Below are positions 48,165 to 61,222 of a stretch of DNA of 64,000 nt, piece by piece. The stretch's first letter is position 1; each line of letters starts with the position of its first letter. This DNA is from a bacterium (lineage in GTDB: Bacteria > UBA8248): NCBI GenBank assembly GCA_965207065.1, contig OZ242260.1:3872001-3936000 (forward strand), read 5' to 3'. A program made the position numbers and the translations under genes. Under the pieces are notes generated by a model that was not told where the DNA came from, ran no database searches, and saw nothing but the letters and a program-made list of their open reading frames with translations.

Positions 48165-48710
48165 TTACCTGGCAAATTCCTTGAAACCTTCCGCGAAAAT
48201 ATCTTTCCCCCGGCAGTCCACGGCGACCACGACCGGAAATCTCTCCACTACCAGCCTGCGAATCGCCTCGGTCCCCAAATCCTCATAAGCGATCAGTTCG
48301 ACCTCCTTGATCCGCTTCGCCAGCAGGGCGGCCGTTCCACCGATGGCCGCGAAGTAGACGGCCCGGTGTCTGGCGATGGACTCCACCACCGCCGGGCTCC
48401 TGCCCCCCTTGCCTATCATTCCGGTGAGGCCGAGTTCCAGCATCCTGGGCGTATAGGCGTCCATGCGGCCGCTCGTCGTGGGTCCCGCCGAGCCGATGAC
48501 GGCGCCCGGCTTGGGCGGCGTCGGCCCCACGTAGTAGAGCACCTGCCCCGCCACGTCGATAGGCAGGGCTTCACCGCGCGCCGCGTCCTCGAGCATCCGC
48601 ATGTGGGCCGCGTCCCGCGCCGTGTAGAGAACGCCGCTCAACTCGCACATATCCCCCATCGAGAGGGATGCCACAACATCGGGGTCGAGCGGCAGGTCGA
48701 TCGATTGCAT
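48165..48710 (-). CDS. Fe-S fumarate hydratase / tartrate dehydratase beta subunit
   Basis: YTARDAAH, GPTTSGRM, IGKG, EDLGTEAI. Confidence 0.92.
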   Translation of the reverse strand: MQSIDLPLDPDVVASLSMGDMCELSGVLYTARDAAHMRMLEDAARGEALPIDVAGQVLYYVGPTPPKPGAVIGSAGPTTSGRMDAYTPRMLELGLTGMIGKGGRSPAVVESIARHRAVYFAAIGGTAALLAKRIKEVELIAYEDLGTEAIRRLVVERFPVVVAVDCRGKDIFAEGFKEFAR

Positions 48711-48711
48711 A

Positions 48712-49572
48712 TCAGAGGACCACCTCGGCGTGGCGATGCGCGTGGCACTCCACGTTCACGCAGATCGGCAACGCTCCGATGTGGCAGGCGTAGGTTTCGA
48801 CGTGCACTGCGATGCAGGTGGTATCCCCGCCCATGCCCATCGGTCCGACGCCGGTCCTGTTCACCGCCTCCAGAATATCTTTTTCGAGTTCAGCCACGAG
48901 GGGGTCGGGGTTGGGCTCGCCCAGTTCCCGAAACAATGCCCATTTCGCCTGAAGCGCCGCCTTTTCAATCGAACCGCCAAGGCCGATACCCAACAGAACC
49001 GGCGGACACGGGTTTCCCCCCGAGTTGAAAACGTGGTCGACAATCGTCCGGATTACTCCCTCGCGGCCATCCGAGGGCTTGAGCATGCGCGCCATGCTCA
49101 TGTTTTCGGCCCCCGTTCCCTTCGCGGCGAAATAGAGCTTCAGGCGATCGCCATCGACGACGCGGTAGTGGATGACGGCGGGCGTGTTGTCCCTGGTGTT
49201 CACACGGCGAAGCGGATCGTTCACCACCGAGCCGCGCAGATAGCCGTCCCGGTAGCCCCGGCGAATCCCTTCGTTGATGGCGTCCTCCAGAAGCCCGCCC
49301 TCGATGCGGACGTCCTGCCCCACTTCGGCGAAGACGATGGAAACGCCCGTGTCCTGGCAATAGGGCACGCGCTCCGCGGACGCCAGGGCCGCGTTCTCGG
49401 TGATCTGGTCGAGCACCATGAGGCCCAAGGATGAGGTTTCACCCGCTTTCGCCTCTTCGACCTTGCGCACGTACGCGGGGTCGACATGGTAGTTCGACTC
49501 GATGGACATCTCGCGAATACTGGCCGTCACATCGCCTGCGTCTATCGTTCGCATCGCACGTCCATCTCCCAC
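48712..49572 (-). CDS. Fe-S fumarate hydratase / tartrate dehydratase alpha subunit
   Basis: PYCQDTG, DNTPA, KGTGAEN, NPCPP, ECHAHRH. Confidence 0.92.
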   Translation of the reverse strand: MGDGRAMRTIDAGDVTASIREMSIESNYHVDPAYVRKVEEAKAGETSSLGLMVLDQITENAALASAERVPYCQDTGVSIVFAEVGQDVRIEGGLLEDAINEGIRRGYRDGYLRGSVVNDPLRRVNTRDNTPAVIHYRVVDGDRLKLYFAAKGTGAENMSMARMLKPSDGREGVIRTIVDHVFNSGGNPCPPVLLGIGLGGSIEKAALQAKWALFRELGEPNPDPLVAELEKDILEAVNRTGVGPMGMGGDTTCIAVHVETYACHIGALPICVNVECHAHRHAEVVL

Positions 49573-49595
49573 GACTGTCCGGCGCCGCAGCGCGC

Positions 49596-51796
<2,201 letters not shown>

Positions 51797-52251
51797 TCAA
51801 TGTTCCCCTTAAGTTTCGTCATGCGAAAAAATTCGTCGCCGAAATTACGAGTAAAACGAAAAAAACGGTTGCTCCCAAAGATAAAATCCGCCGACCAGGC
51901 CCCGAAAGAATATTCAGGGGCAAAACGCTCGTCACTCCATAAAACGAACTTTACCGCCCTCTCCTTATCACGTCCCCCGCTCCGATGCCAGCCCAGGGGG
52001 AGAAGATTTTTTCATCGCCCGGAGGCCTCGAAATCCGGTTGGAACTCGAGGATCGATTCTGATAGGGTGGAGGTGATTTTCAGGTGGCTCAATACCGGTC
52101 GGTAAAGGTGAACAATTCGATAAATATAGATAAATTCACGGTGTTTTTCGATAAATTACCGAAGCACTACTGAGGCTCGCTTCAGCAAGGATACTCTCAT
52201 ATAACTCGTTCAAAGTCAACCAGTTACCCTCCCCCCGAGGCGCGGTTCGCC

Positions 52252-53085
52252 ATGGCGCAACGCAAAAGACAAAAACTCGGCCAACACTTCCTGCACGAGA
52301 AGAGATATCTCACGCAAATCGTTGAATTGGCGGACATTACGCCGGGTGAGGACGTGCTGGAAATCGGCGTGGGCGCAGGCGCCCTCACGCGGTACCTCCT
52401 AGATGCCGGCGCCATTATTTATGGAATCGAGATTGACGAGGCCCTCATTCCCGCCCTCAGGAAGATGGAGGATGAGCACGAGAGATTTCATCTGATTCAC
52501 GGCGACGCGCTCGATATCGACTACGCAGGCCTTCCCGATAAGATAAAACTTGTGGCGAATCTGCCCTACCAGGTCGCTTCGGCCATCATCTCGCAACTCA
52601 CTGAAAAAGTTGAGATATTTCCTCTCATGGTATTGATGGTGCAGCGTGAAGTGGGCGAGAGGCTTTGCGCTGCGCCGGGCGGCAAGGACTATGGTTCGCT
52701 CACTCTCTGGGTAGGGTATCGCTATAAAACGAGGCTATGTCAGGTGGTGCCCCCGGGCGCCTTTCGGCCTCCGCCAAAGGTCGACTCCGCGATTATCCGC
52801 CTAGAAGCAAGGGAGAAGCCCCTAGTAGATGTAGGAAATGAGAACCTCTATTTCCGTATCATCCAGGCGGGATTCGCACACCGCAGAAAAACGCTACTCA
52901 ACAATCTCAAATCATTGAAACTATGCCAGTTAAAAGATATGAACAGTTTTTACTCAAACCCAGAGGTTTTGCGAAACCTCCTTGAAAGAACAGGCATCGA
53001 CCCCAGCAGACGAGCCGAAACTCTCGAAGCTCAAGAATTCGCAATAATTGCCCGAGCGATGGAACCACTCATGGAGAACAAGTAG
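52252..53085 (+). CDS. rsmA: 16S rRNA adenine dimethyltransferase
   Basis: LGQHFL, EIGVGAGALT, ANLPY, MVQREV, FRPPPKVDS. Confidence 0.95.
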   Translation: MAQRKRQKLGQHFLHEKRYLTQIVELADITPGEDVLEIGVGAGALTRYLLDAGAIIYGIEIDEALIPALRKMEDEHERFHLIHGDALDIDYAGLPDKIKLVANLPYQVASAIISQLTEKVEIFPLMVLMVQREVGERLCAAPGGKDYGSLTLWVGYRYKTRLCQVVPPGAFRPPPKVDSAIIRLEAREKPLVDVGNENLYFRIIQAGFAHRRKTLLNNLKSLKLCQLKDMNSFYSNPEVLRNLLERTGIDPSRRAETLEAQEFAIIARAMEPLMENK

Positions 53086-53088
53086 GCA

Positions 53089-53973
53089 TTGGCAACCAGA
53101 ATCTTGATTTACCGAATGGGAGCATTCGGGGACACACTGCTAATGACTTTATTATTCAAACAGTTACGCAGTCACTACGAGAAAGCTCACATCGCCCTGG
53201 CTGCAAACCCCAGAAATGCAGCACCGCTACTAGATTCGGGGTTGCTTCACGAAATTCTCGACGGGAACTCATCTCCTTTCCATCTCATGTATAACGACCA
53301 TCCACAAAAAAACGATGCTCTGTCTCGTCTAATCGAACGCTATGATAAGTGCATGTTCTACACTTCGGATATTTCAGGAGAACTCGTTAAAAGGTTGAAT
53401 GTAAATAAGTTGGAGAATTACTGTATTCACCCGCCTTTTCCACCTGCCTCGGAGGAAGTTCACATCTGCGAGTGGATGATGCGGCCATGGCCATTTGGGG
53501 ACGCTACCGAGAACGAGAAAATCACACTCATTCCTTCACACGATAATTTAATTATAGCTGATAACATATTGAATAAATATGCTATTGAGGGCGATTTTTT
53601 TATCATCCATCCGGGCGGCGGCGGAAAGAGCAAATGGGTTCCCCCTCGTATTCTCGCCAATAAGGTACGAAGGCATGCAGATGAAACAGCCCAGCGGTCT
53701 TTCGTGATAGAAGGACCAGCGGATTCAGTCGCTTGCGAGGAATTTCAGAGGCTGTCAGGAGATTCCATTCCCGTTATCAAGGGTATAACACCCAAAGTAT
53801 TAAGTGCTCTTCTTTCAAAATCTTCCGCATATTTTGGAGGGGATTCCGGCGTTTCACACCTCGCTTCTCTTTTCGCACCTTGCTCAACGATATTATATGG
53901 CCCAGATTCCGACATGCGGGTTTGGCACCCAATAGGCTCAGGCACGCTCTGCATTCCATGGGAAACTATATGA
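53089..53973 (+). CDS. Glycosyltransferase family 9 (heptosyltransferase-like)
   Basis: GAFGDTLL, IHPGGG..KW, GGDSGVSHLA, LYGP..W.P. Confidence 0.85.
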   Translation: MATRILIYRMGAFGDTLLMTLLFKQLRSHYEKAHIALAANPRNAAPLLDSGLLHEILDGNSSPFHLMYNDHPQKNDALSRLIERYDKCMFYTSDISGELVKRLNVNKLENYCIHPPFPPASEEVHICEWMMRPWPFGDATENEKITLIPSHDNLIIADNILNKYAIEGDFFIIHPGGGGKSKWVPPRILANKVRRHADETAQRSFVIEGPADSVACEEFQRLSGDSIPVIKGITPKVLSALLSKSSAYFGGDSGVSHLASLFAPCSTILYGPDSDMRVWHPIGSGTLCIPWETI

Positions 53974-54033
53974 GGTCAGATAGTTTTTTGAACTAGTTGT
54001 GGCAGAATTGATGTAACCCCAACAAAAATAAAA

Positions 54034-54762
54034 TCAACTGATAATACTCGCCAGCCTGCCCCAGCGCGGTGAACCCGAATCTCCGTTCCAAGACCAGTAA
54101 ATCATGAAAGCTGAACCACGAATCTTATCGTCCCAACACGGCGCAGACCATAACGAACATGGAAAAGGCAACCCAAAAACATAACCCGCAAAACGGATAG
54201 GTATATGATTCACGTGCTCACCCATTTTCAAAAAACCCCAAAAACGGCTGTCTTGGCTATTGTTTCGATTGTCCCCCAGCATAAACAGGTGCCCTGGCGG
54301 AACTTTTTGTGGCCCCCATTTGCTCTCAAATCCTACAGAGGGACCATTTGGCTTGAAACGCACATATTTTTCATCCAGCGGCACACATTTTTCCGGCGTA
54401 TTCGGCGAGGCACAGTTGATAAACACTTTTCCCCCTCGAACCATCACCTCCTCACCCGGCAAAGCAATAACACGCTTGATAAAATCCCGTCGTTCATCTT
54501 TAGGAAACCTGAAAACGATAATATCTCCGCGTTTGGGCTCACGGAACCAATATATGAATTTATTGACGAGTATATGGTCGCCGACTAGGAGAGTATTTTC
54601 CATCGAGCCCGAGGGTATCTTGAATGCTTGCACTACAAATGTGCGCACAAACATAGCCAACAACAAAGCAATAATTATTGCTTCAGCATATTCACGAAAA
54701 GTTGATTTGGATTTACGCTTACGCTTCTCGCTCTTGCGTGTTGCTAAACTGGCATCCGACAC
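54034..54762 (-). CDS. lepB: Signal peptidase I
   Basis: IPSGSM, FIKRVIALPG, GDNRNNSQDSR. Confidence 0.95.
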   Translation of the reverse strand: MSDASLATRKSEKRKRKSKSTFREYAEAIIIALLLAMFVRTFVVQAFKIPSGSMENTLLVGDHILVNKFIYWFREPKRGDIIVFRFPKDERRDFIKRVIALPGEEVMVRGGKVFINCASPNTPEKCVPLDEKYVRFKPNGPSVGFESKWGPQKVPPGHLFMLGDNRNNSQDSRFWGFLKMGEHVNHIPIRFAGYVFGLPFPCSLWSAPCWDDKIRGSAFMIYWSWNGDSGSPRWGRLASIIS

Positions 54763-54764
54763 AT

Positions 54765-56567
54765 TTACTCCTTGCCCACATCCAAGACAGCCATAAATGC
54801 TTCTTGAGGCACTTCTACGGTCCCTATATTCTTCATGCGCTTTTTACCTTCTCGCTGCTTTTCCAATAATTTTCGTTTTCGCGTGATATCACCACCATAG
54901 CATTTCGCAGTCACATCTTTTCTCAGTGCTCTAATTGTCTCCCGCGCAATCACCCGGTTCCCAACAGCGGCTTGGATGATAACTTCAAACATTTGTCTCG
55001 GGATGATTTCTTTCATTTTTTGCACCAGCGCCCTGCCATGATAGTAGGCTTTCTCCTTATGAATGATCGTTGAAAATGGGTCTATCGGCTGTCCGTTGAG
55101 CAGGACATCCAGCTTTACCACTTCCGCCGAACGGTAATCCAGGTGCTCATAATCAAAACTCGCGTATCCGCGAGAAACTGATTTTAATTTGTCGTAAAAA
55201 TCAAAGAGAATTTCACTGAATGGTAGTTCGTAGACGATTTGCACTGTCGTCGTATCGATATATTCCATAGAGCGCTGTATGCCACGTTTCTCCTGGGCCA
55301 ATTTAAGAACGGCGCCCACATATTCCGAGGGTGCAAGAATAGTGCCCAAGATGAAAGGTTCCTCGATCGACTCAATCCTCGATAGTTCGGGCAACTTCGC
55401 CGGGCTATCGATTTCTTCCACTGTAGCGTCACTGAGCAGAACGCGAAAAATCACTGTCGGGGCTGTGATGATGAGCGTCAGATCATATTCACGCTCCAGC
55501 CTCTCACGAATAATTTCCATATGAAGAAGACCTAAAAACCCACACCTGAAACCAAACCCCAGAGCAACCGAAGTCTCAGGCTCATAGGTAAAGGCCGAAT
55601 CGTTCAGCCTGAGTTTCTCGAGCGCTGTCCTTAAGTCTTCATACTCGGCACTGTCCGCCGCATATAAGCCGCTATATACCATCGCTTTCGGTTCCTGGAA
55701 GCCTTGAATGGCCTCACTCGCAGGCTTTTTTGCAAGCGTAATGGTGTCACCTACACGGGTATCACTCACTTCGCGTATTGAAGCAGACAAAATACCAACA
55801 TCGCCTGGCCCAAGTTCTTTCATTTTCACTTCATGAGGCGTATATGTACTTAAACTTAGAACTTGATATTCCTTGCCAGTCGACATGAACCGGACGATAT
55901 CGCCCTTGCGAATAGTTCCCTCAAACATCCGGAAGAGTGGAATGGCTCCCTGGTAGGAATCATACCAAGAATCGATCACAAGTCCTTGAGTGGAACCTTG
56001 AGGCTCTCCACTAGGAGGAGGAATTCGCTCAACAATAGCTTCAAGTAGCAAATCCACACCTTCTCCTTGTTTCGCGCTCACCAGTAAGCATTCATCCCCA
56101 TCAATTCCGATGATATCCTCCACTTGCTTCATCACACGTTCAGGGTCCGCCGCTGGCAAATCGATTTTGTTGATCACTGGGATAATGGCTAAATCCTGCT
56201 CTAAAGCAAGGTATGCATTCGCCATCGTTTGCGCCTGGATACCTTGCGTAGCATCGACAAGCAGCAAAGCGCCCTCACAAGCCTGAAGGCTTCTGGAAAC
56301 TTCATAGCTGAAATCCACATGACCGGGCGTATCAATGAGGTTAAAGACATATTCTTGGCCACGAGCCGATTTATAGAGTATCCGAACTGTCGCCGCTTTG
56401 ATTGTAATGCCTCGCTCCTGCTCCAAGTCCATGGAATCCAAGACCTGTGAAGACATCTCACGCTTCGAAAGCGCCCCGGTCATTTCCAAAATGCGATCCG
56501 CCAGGGTTGATTTCCCATGGTCTATATGAGCGATAATTGAAAAGTTTCTGATTCGATCGATTTTCAC
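54765..56567 (-). CDS. lepA: Elongation factor 4 (LepA)
   Basis: [40 protein letters not shown] start 56567. Confidence 0.97.
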   Translation of the reverse strand: MKIDRIRNFSIIAHIDHGKSTLADRILEMTGALSKREMSSQVLDSMDLEQERGITIKAATVRILYKSARGQEYVFNLIDTPGHVDFSYEVSRSLQACEGALLLVDATQGIQAQTMANAYLALEQDLAIIPVINKIDLPAADPERVMKQVEDIIGIDGDECLLVSAKQGEGVDLLLEAIVERIPPPSGEPQGSTQGLVIDSWYDSYQGAIPLFRMFEGTIRKGDIVRFMSTGKEYQVLSLSTYTPHEVKMKELGPGDVGILSASIREVSDTRVGDTITLAKKPASEAIQGFQEPKAMVYSGLYAADSAEYEDLRTALEKLRLNDSAFTYEPETSVALGFGFRCGFLGLLHMEIIRERLEREYDLTLIITAPTVIFRVLLSDATVEEIDSPAKLPELSRIESIEEPFILGTILAPSEYVGAVLKLAQEKRGIQRSMEYIDTTTVQIVYELPFSEILFDFYDKLKSVSRGYASFDYEHLDYRSAEVVKLDVLLNGQPIDPFSTIIHKEKAYYHGRALVQKMKEIIPRQMFEVIIQAAVGNRVIARETIRALRKDVTAKCYGGDITRKRKLLEKQREGKKRMKNIGTVEVPQEAFMAVLDVGKE

Positions 56568-56783
56568 AGCCTGAAGAAATCTCTCTGGGAAGGCGAATGG
56601 CGCGAATGCCGGAACCGCGTGAGTCTGCTTGAAAATCTTATAGCTATTCTTCGAATCCCGAGCATCTAACAAAACTGCACTAGATAAACCTGCTAATTTC
56701 AAAGGTGATCAAGCGAACATGCTATATCAAACTTGTCCAACCTAGGTCAATTGATTGCTCCTGGAAATACACGATGCTAACAT

Positions 56784-58259
56784 ATGAAAAGTGCGGTGTT
56801 TCAGCCGTTTATGCGTATTTCGGACCCATACATTAGGGTATATTTAGCTATGCGCTGCCGGAGACTACATGTTTCTAGCCACATCTCTATTCTGTTGTTC
56901 TGCTTGTTTTGCACCTCACCAGTGTCGGCGGCAACGTCTCATCCATTTGGCAGTCGCCTCATAATCAATGCGGCTAAAAAGTTACAACCTTCTGTCGTAC
57001 ATATTCGTGTAAAACCCAAAGGCATCGAAGGAAATCCGTTACTCAACCTCTTCGGTAGGGGTCGTCAAAAAGACAACCCTCCAAAATTTGATCAGGGGAA
57101 TGTGCCCTTTAGCGGCCACTACAATGTGGGCTCGGGAATCATTGTCTCAAAAGAAGGTCATATCTTAACGAACAACCACGTTATCAAGAACGCGCAAGAA
57201 ATTATGGTCAAACTCCATAAGGGGGAGGAATTCTCGGCCCGTTTGCTTGGCGTGGACGATAAAACAGATCTTGCCTTACTGAAAATTAAACCGACTCAAA
57301 AACTCCAAAAAGCATCTCTCGGAGATTCAGATAAATTAGATGTCGGGCAGTGGGTTATAGCGATTGGCAGCCCTTTCGGCTTGGCGAATTCCTTATCTGT
57401 GGGAATAATCAGCGCCAAGAGCCGGGACTTGAAAGAAGGGCCTTTTGATGAATATCTTCAAACCGACGCATCGATCAACCCCGGTAACTCCGGTGGCCCG
57501 CTCGCAAATACAGAGGGCGTCGTAATCGGCGTCAACACAGTGATATTTTCTAGTGGGTCACGCGCATGGAGTTTGGGAATCGGTTTCGCTATACCGATCA
57601 ACCAGGCCAAAGCAGTTATCGATTCTCTTCGCCATAAAGGGTATCCAGTACGGGGTCGCTTGGGTGCAGCCATATCTGCAGTCCCCAGAAAAGAAGGAAA
57701 GAGCTTGGGCTTATCACGTTTCGAGGGCGCCAAACTCACACAAGTTACTCGTGGCGGCCCTGCTGAGCGTGCCGGCTTGCGTCGAGGAGATGTTGTCGTT
57801 GAATTCAACGGCAAATCTATCAGCACATGGCAGAGCCTTCCCCGCATAGTGGCTCGCACGAAACCAAAGTCCCTTGTTTTGGTAAAATATTATCGGGAAA
57901 AGAATCTCAAGAGTGTCTATATACGTATAGGAAGCCGGCCTGAAGCGCCCCACTCGAGAGAGACGACAAACCATACGGACATGGGAATGAAGGTGGAAGT
58001 GCTAAGCCCGCATCTCGCCCAGCGTTTCGGGTTGACCTATGAGGAGAATAAATTGGTGGTCTCCTCGATTCTCAGAGGCGGCAAAGCTGAGCTTAGTGGA
58101 ATCAGGCCCGGTGATGAAATCGTGGAGGCTGATCACAAACCTGTAAAAACAATTGAGGAATTGCAGTCGATCCTTGACAAATCACGCCTCGAAGGCTCTG
58201 TACTCTTCCTTCTGAAGAGAAAAGAAACTAACCTGTTTGCTGCTCTTCAAATTAAGTAA
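56784..58259 (+). CDS. DegP/DegQ (HtrA) serine protease with two PDZ domains
   Basis: TNNHV, DLALLK, GNSGGPL; two PDZ domains; start uncertain. Confidence 0.92.
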   Translation: MKSAVFQPFMRISDPYIRVYLAMRCRRLHVSSHISILLFCLFCTSPVSAATSHPFGSRLIINAAKKLQPSVVHIRVKPKGIEGNPLLNLFGRGRQKDNPPKFDQGNVPFSGHYNVGSGIIVSKEGHILTNNHVIKNAQEIMVKLHKGEEFSARLLGVDDKTDLALLKIKPTQKLQKASLGDSDKLDVGQWVIAIGSPFGLANSLSVGIISAKSRDLKEGPFDEYLQTDASINPGNSGGPLANTEGVVIGVNTVIFSSGSRAWSLGIGFAIPINQAKAVIDSLRHKGYPVRGRLGAAISAVPRKEGKSLGLSRFEGAKLTQVTRGGPAERAGLRRGDVVVEFNGKSISTWQSLPRIVARTKPKSLVLVKYYREKNLKSVYIRIGSRPEAPHSRETTNHTDMGMKVEVLSPHLAQRFGLTYEENKLVVSSILRGGKAELSGIRPGDEIVEADHKPVKTIEELQSILDKSRLEGSVLFLLKRKETNLFAALQIK

Positions 58260-58345
58260 CACCCGCACGAAAACCAAAATGATGCAATACTCTTCATCCC
58301 GAATATTCTTCGCCTGGCTCTCGAAATTCGATAGTAACGAGAATT

Positions 58346-59488
58346 TCATGAGCCCAACCATCGATCATATTGTTGGAGCGCGTAACGGTCAGTCATCCCA
58401 GCGACATAATCACAAACCATTCGATGCCGCCCGTCCACTTTCTCGAGTTTTCGTACATGTTCCGGAATTTTATTAGGATCAACGATGTATAACTGGAACA
58501 ATCCACTCAATGTTTTTCGAGCGCTTTTTTCTAATTTCATGACGCGCTCGTTTTTATACATCCTTGTCATCAAGAAACGTTTGAGCTCAATGTTCTTCTC
58601 GTTCATATCTTCACTGAAAACAACCAAATCATGCCCATTTACTCTGACATCCGTAATATCCCGTATCTTCCGAGTCTTAATGCGCTCGCAGGTGGACGTG
58701 ATGATATCTTGAACTTGTGAGTTGATAATTCGGCGAATGGTGTCGTGCTTACTCTCTCGCCAGGAAGAGCCGGGAAAAGATTTTTTCGAGCTTTTATAGT
58801 GTTCACGCCAAAGGAGCGTATCCTGCACTTCTTCCAAATCAAATAACCGGGATGACAGTCCATCGTCTAAATCATGATTGTTATACGCAATCTCATCCGC
58901 GACATCGACCACCTGAGCTTCGAAGCTGGGAGAGACAGTATTCGTCAGACCGGGAGGCATCGGGCCTTGGTATCGATGAAGATACTTTATGATCCCCTCG
59001 CGCGTTTCCCATGTCAGGTTCAAACCCGGAAACGATGGATAGCGCTTTTCCAAAACTTCTACGATCCGCAGGGCTTGTATATTATGTTCAAACCCACCGT
59101 GATCTTTCATCAGTTCATCTAAAACCTTTTCTCCGGCATGACCAAATGGCGGGTGGCCTAAATCGTGTGCAAGGGCAACAGCCTCGGCGAGCTCTTCATT
59201 CAAGCCCAGCGCACGTGCGATGGAGCGGGCGATCTGGCTCACCTCTATGGTGTGCGTCAAACGCGTCCGATAATGATCCCCCTCATGATTCACAAAAACC
59301 TGGGTTTTGTATTCAAGTCTCCTGAACGCCTGCGTATGGATGATTCGGTCCCGATCACGCTGAAATGCTGTCCTCATGTCGTGCTCAGGTTCTTGGTACT
59401 CGCGTCCGAGACTATCGGCGCTATGTGCGGCGTAGGGGGCCAGCAGGTGTTTTTCCCGCTCCTCGATGGAAACTCGAGTGATGTTCAT
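58346..59488 (-). CDS. dgt: Deoxyguanosinetriphosphate triphosphohydrolase (dGTPase-like)
   Basis: RDRDRI, KTQVF, RTRLTH, HDLGHPPFGH, DYVAGMTD. Confidence 0.93.
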   Translation of the reverse strand: MNITRVSIEEREKHLLAPYAAHSADSLGREYQEPEHDMRTAFQRDRDRIIHTQAFRRLEYKTQVFVNHEGDHYRTRLTHTIEVSQIARSIARALGLNEELAEAVALAHDLGHPPFGHAGEKVLDELMKDHGGFEHNIQALRIVEVLEKRYPSFPGLNLTWETREGIIKYLHRYQGPMPPGLTNTVSPSFEAQVVDVADEIAYNNHDLDDGLSSRLFDLEEVQDTLLWREHYKSSKKSFPGSSWRESKHDTIRRIINSQVQDIITSTCERIKTRKIRDITDVRVNGHDLVVFSEDMNEKNIELKRFLMTRMYKNERVMKLEKSARKTLSGLFQLYIVDPNKIPEHVRKLEKVDGRHRMVCDYVAGMTDRYALQQYDRWLGS

Positions 59489-59511
59489 AACCGTACCTAG
59501 CTCTTAAATAA

Positions 59512-60447
59512 TCAGCTTGCTTCAACAGCGGGAGGGACACCCGCGCGCCATGCAGCGAATAAATAAGTCGTTGCCAGAGAAGCCCATGGATGCCACTTAT
59601 CAGCTTGCATGCGTGCCTTATTCTCGTCCACACGCTCTTCTCCGAAACAAAAATGCGCAACGACTTTCTGCACTCCCAAATCACCTCCAGGAAATACTTC
59701 TACGCGGCCAAGCGCCCGGAACAACATTTGCTCGGCTGTCCAGCGACCCACGCCCCGTATCTCGGTCAAGCGAGCTACTGCTTCGTCTATCGGGAGAATA
59801 CGCAGTTCCCTCTCATTCAAGCGACCCTCCAGGGCTGCGCGCGCCACGTCAATCACATATTCGGCTTTTCGTTCCGAGAATTGCATCGAGCGAAAAGTGG
59901 AAACACGAGCTCTGACCAAACGCTCCGGACGCGGGAATGCATAATGCGTCTTCCCATCGACTCGCAACTTTCTCCCCCATCGCTTCACCATACGTCCACG
60001 AATGGCGCCGGCGAACGTTAAATTCACCTGCTGCGCCGTAATCGCTGTTACAAGAGCCTCGAACACGCTCAGGTATCGTATTGGTTTGAGCCCCCTGAAT
60101 TTTTTCGCAATCGGAGCCAAGTACGCATCGTCTTTCGCCATTCTGTAAAACGGCCTCAAATCAAGATCAAAAGCCAAAATATGCTTGATTGCATCCATAC
60201 CTGCACTTTGGGCCGATTTCGTCATCCGCCCTTCTGTGGTCATTCGAAGTCGAATCGAGTCCGGGCCTTCGCCTTCCTTTTCGGCATCTAACAGAACCAA
60301 ATCACCATTCGCATCCTCCACAACCCTACGGTACACCCCGTCTGCGTAGGAGTTGACGAACTCCTCTTTGGAAACACGGAACCGCAACAAGCTCTCATGA
60401 TACAAAAATGGTTCCGGGGGATGTAGAATTTTGGTAACGGACCCCAT
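59512..60447 (-). CDS. alkA: DNA-3-methyladenine glycosylase II (AlkA family)
   Basis: FEAL..AI..QQV, HhH-GPD LTEIRGVGRWTA..FPGGDLG, W.PW. Confidence 0.88.
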   Translation of the reverse strand: MGSVTKILHPPEPFLYHESLLRFRVSKEEFVNSYADGVYRRVVEDANGDLVLLDAEKEGEGPDSIRLRMTTEGRMTKSAQSAGMDAIKHILAFDLDLRPFYRMAKDDAYLAPIAKKFRGLKPIRYLSVFEALVTAITAQQVNLTFAGAIRGRMVKRWGRKLRVDGKTHYAFPRPERLVRARVSTFRSMQFSERKAEYVIDVARAALEGRLNERELRILPIDEAVARLTEIRGVGRWTAEQMLFRALGRVEVFPGGDLGVQKVVAHFCFGEERVDENKARMQADKWHPWASLATTYLFAAWRAGVPPAVEAS

Positions 60448-60448
60448 G

Positions 60449-61222
60449 CTATTCCACCATCCGTCTACTCACCAAAACACAGGCGACAATCAAGAACAAT
60501 AATGTAAAACCAAGCAGGAACGAAAAATGCCAGATAAAATTCTCAACGTACCCGTAAATAAACAAACCGCGTGAGATTCTTACCGCATGCGTGAGAGGGA
60601 GGGCCTCGGATAACCGTTCCACCCAAAGGGGAAGACCCTTGATGGGGAATAAGGTGCCCGCGAAGAAAAACATGGGCATGACGATAGCGGAAAAATAAAA
60701 ATTGAAAAACGAAAAACTATGAGCCAATGACGTCGCAATGAGTCCCAAGGCTGCAAACATCACCGCCTCGATAAACAGAATCGGGAGAATCGCAATTGCC
60801 CACAATGAGCCTACGAGACCAAACAAACTCAATATTACCAGCATCAATGACGAACCAATCAAGGCGCGACTCGCGCACCAGAGAAGATCGCCCAGCACGA
60901 TATCACCCACCGTGAGAGGAGCCATCAGCATGGATTCATATATATTTTGAATTCTCATTCTCGAATAAGCCCCGTATGTGGATTCATACGTGGCGTTCCA
61001 CATCGCGACGGAAACCATCAAGCCAGGGCCAATGAATTGCGCATAGGAAATACCGTCCAAATTCGGCACCAACCGACCGAGACCATATCCAAACGCCACC
61101 AGCCACAAAATGTGTTCACCCAGATTACCCGCCCATTCCGCCAAGTAAAAAGAGCGATAATACACCAAATGGCGAACCCAGACGCGAAAGGCGCGATGGC
61201 TGGGAGCCTGGGGAAAAAGCAT
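60449..61222 (-). CDS. ABC-2 exporter permease (NodJ-like)
   Basis: About six TM segments, YAQFIGPG, PMFFFAGTLFP, PLTHAV; ATG overlaps the ATPase TAA. Confidence 0.88.
   Translation of the reverse strand: MLFPQAPSHRAFRVWVRHLVYYRSFYLAEWAGNLGEHILWLVAFGYGLGRLVPNLDGISYAQFIGPGLMVSVAMWNATYESTYGAYSRMRIQNIYESMLMAPLTVGDIVLGDLLWCASRALIGSSLMLVILSLFGLVGSLWAIAILPILFIEAVMFAALGLIATSLAHSFSFFNFYFSAIVMPMFFFAGTLFPIKGLPLWVERLSEALPLTHAVRISRGLFIYGYVENFIWHFSFLLGFTLLFLIVACVLVSRRMVE

Noticed and set aside
58346-59488. dGTPase (and the macro domain at 23040-23567) as anti-phage defence genes
   Set aside because: Both sit among housekeeping genes with no defence-island context and resemble the common housekeeping forms.
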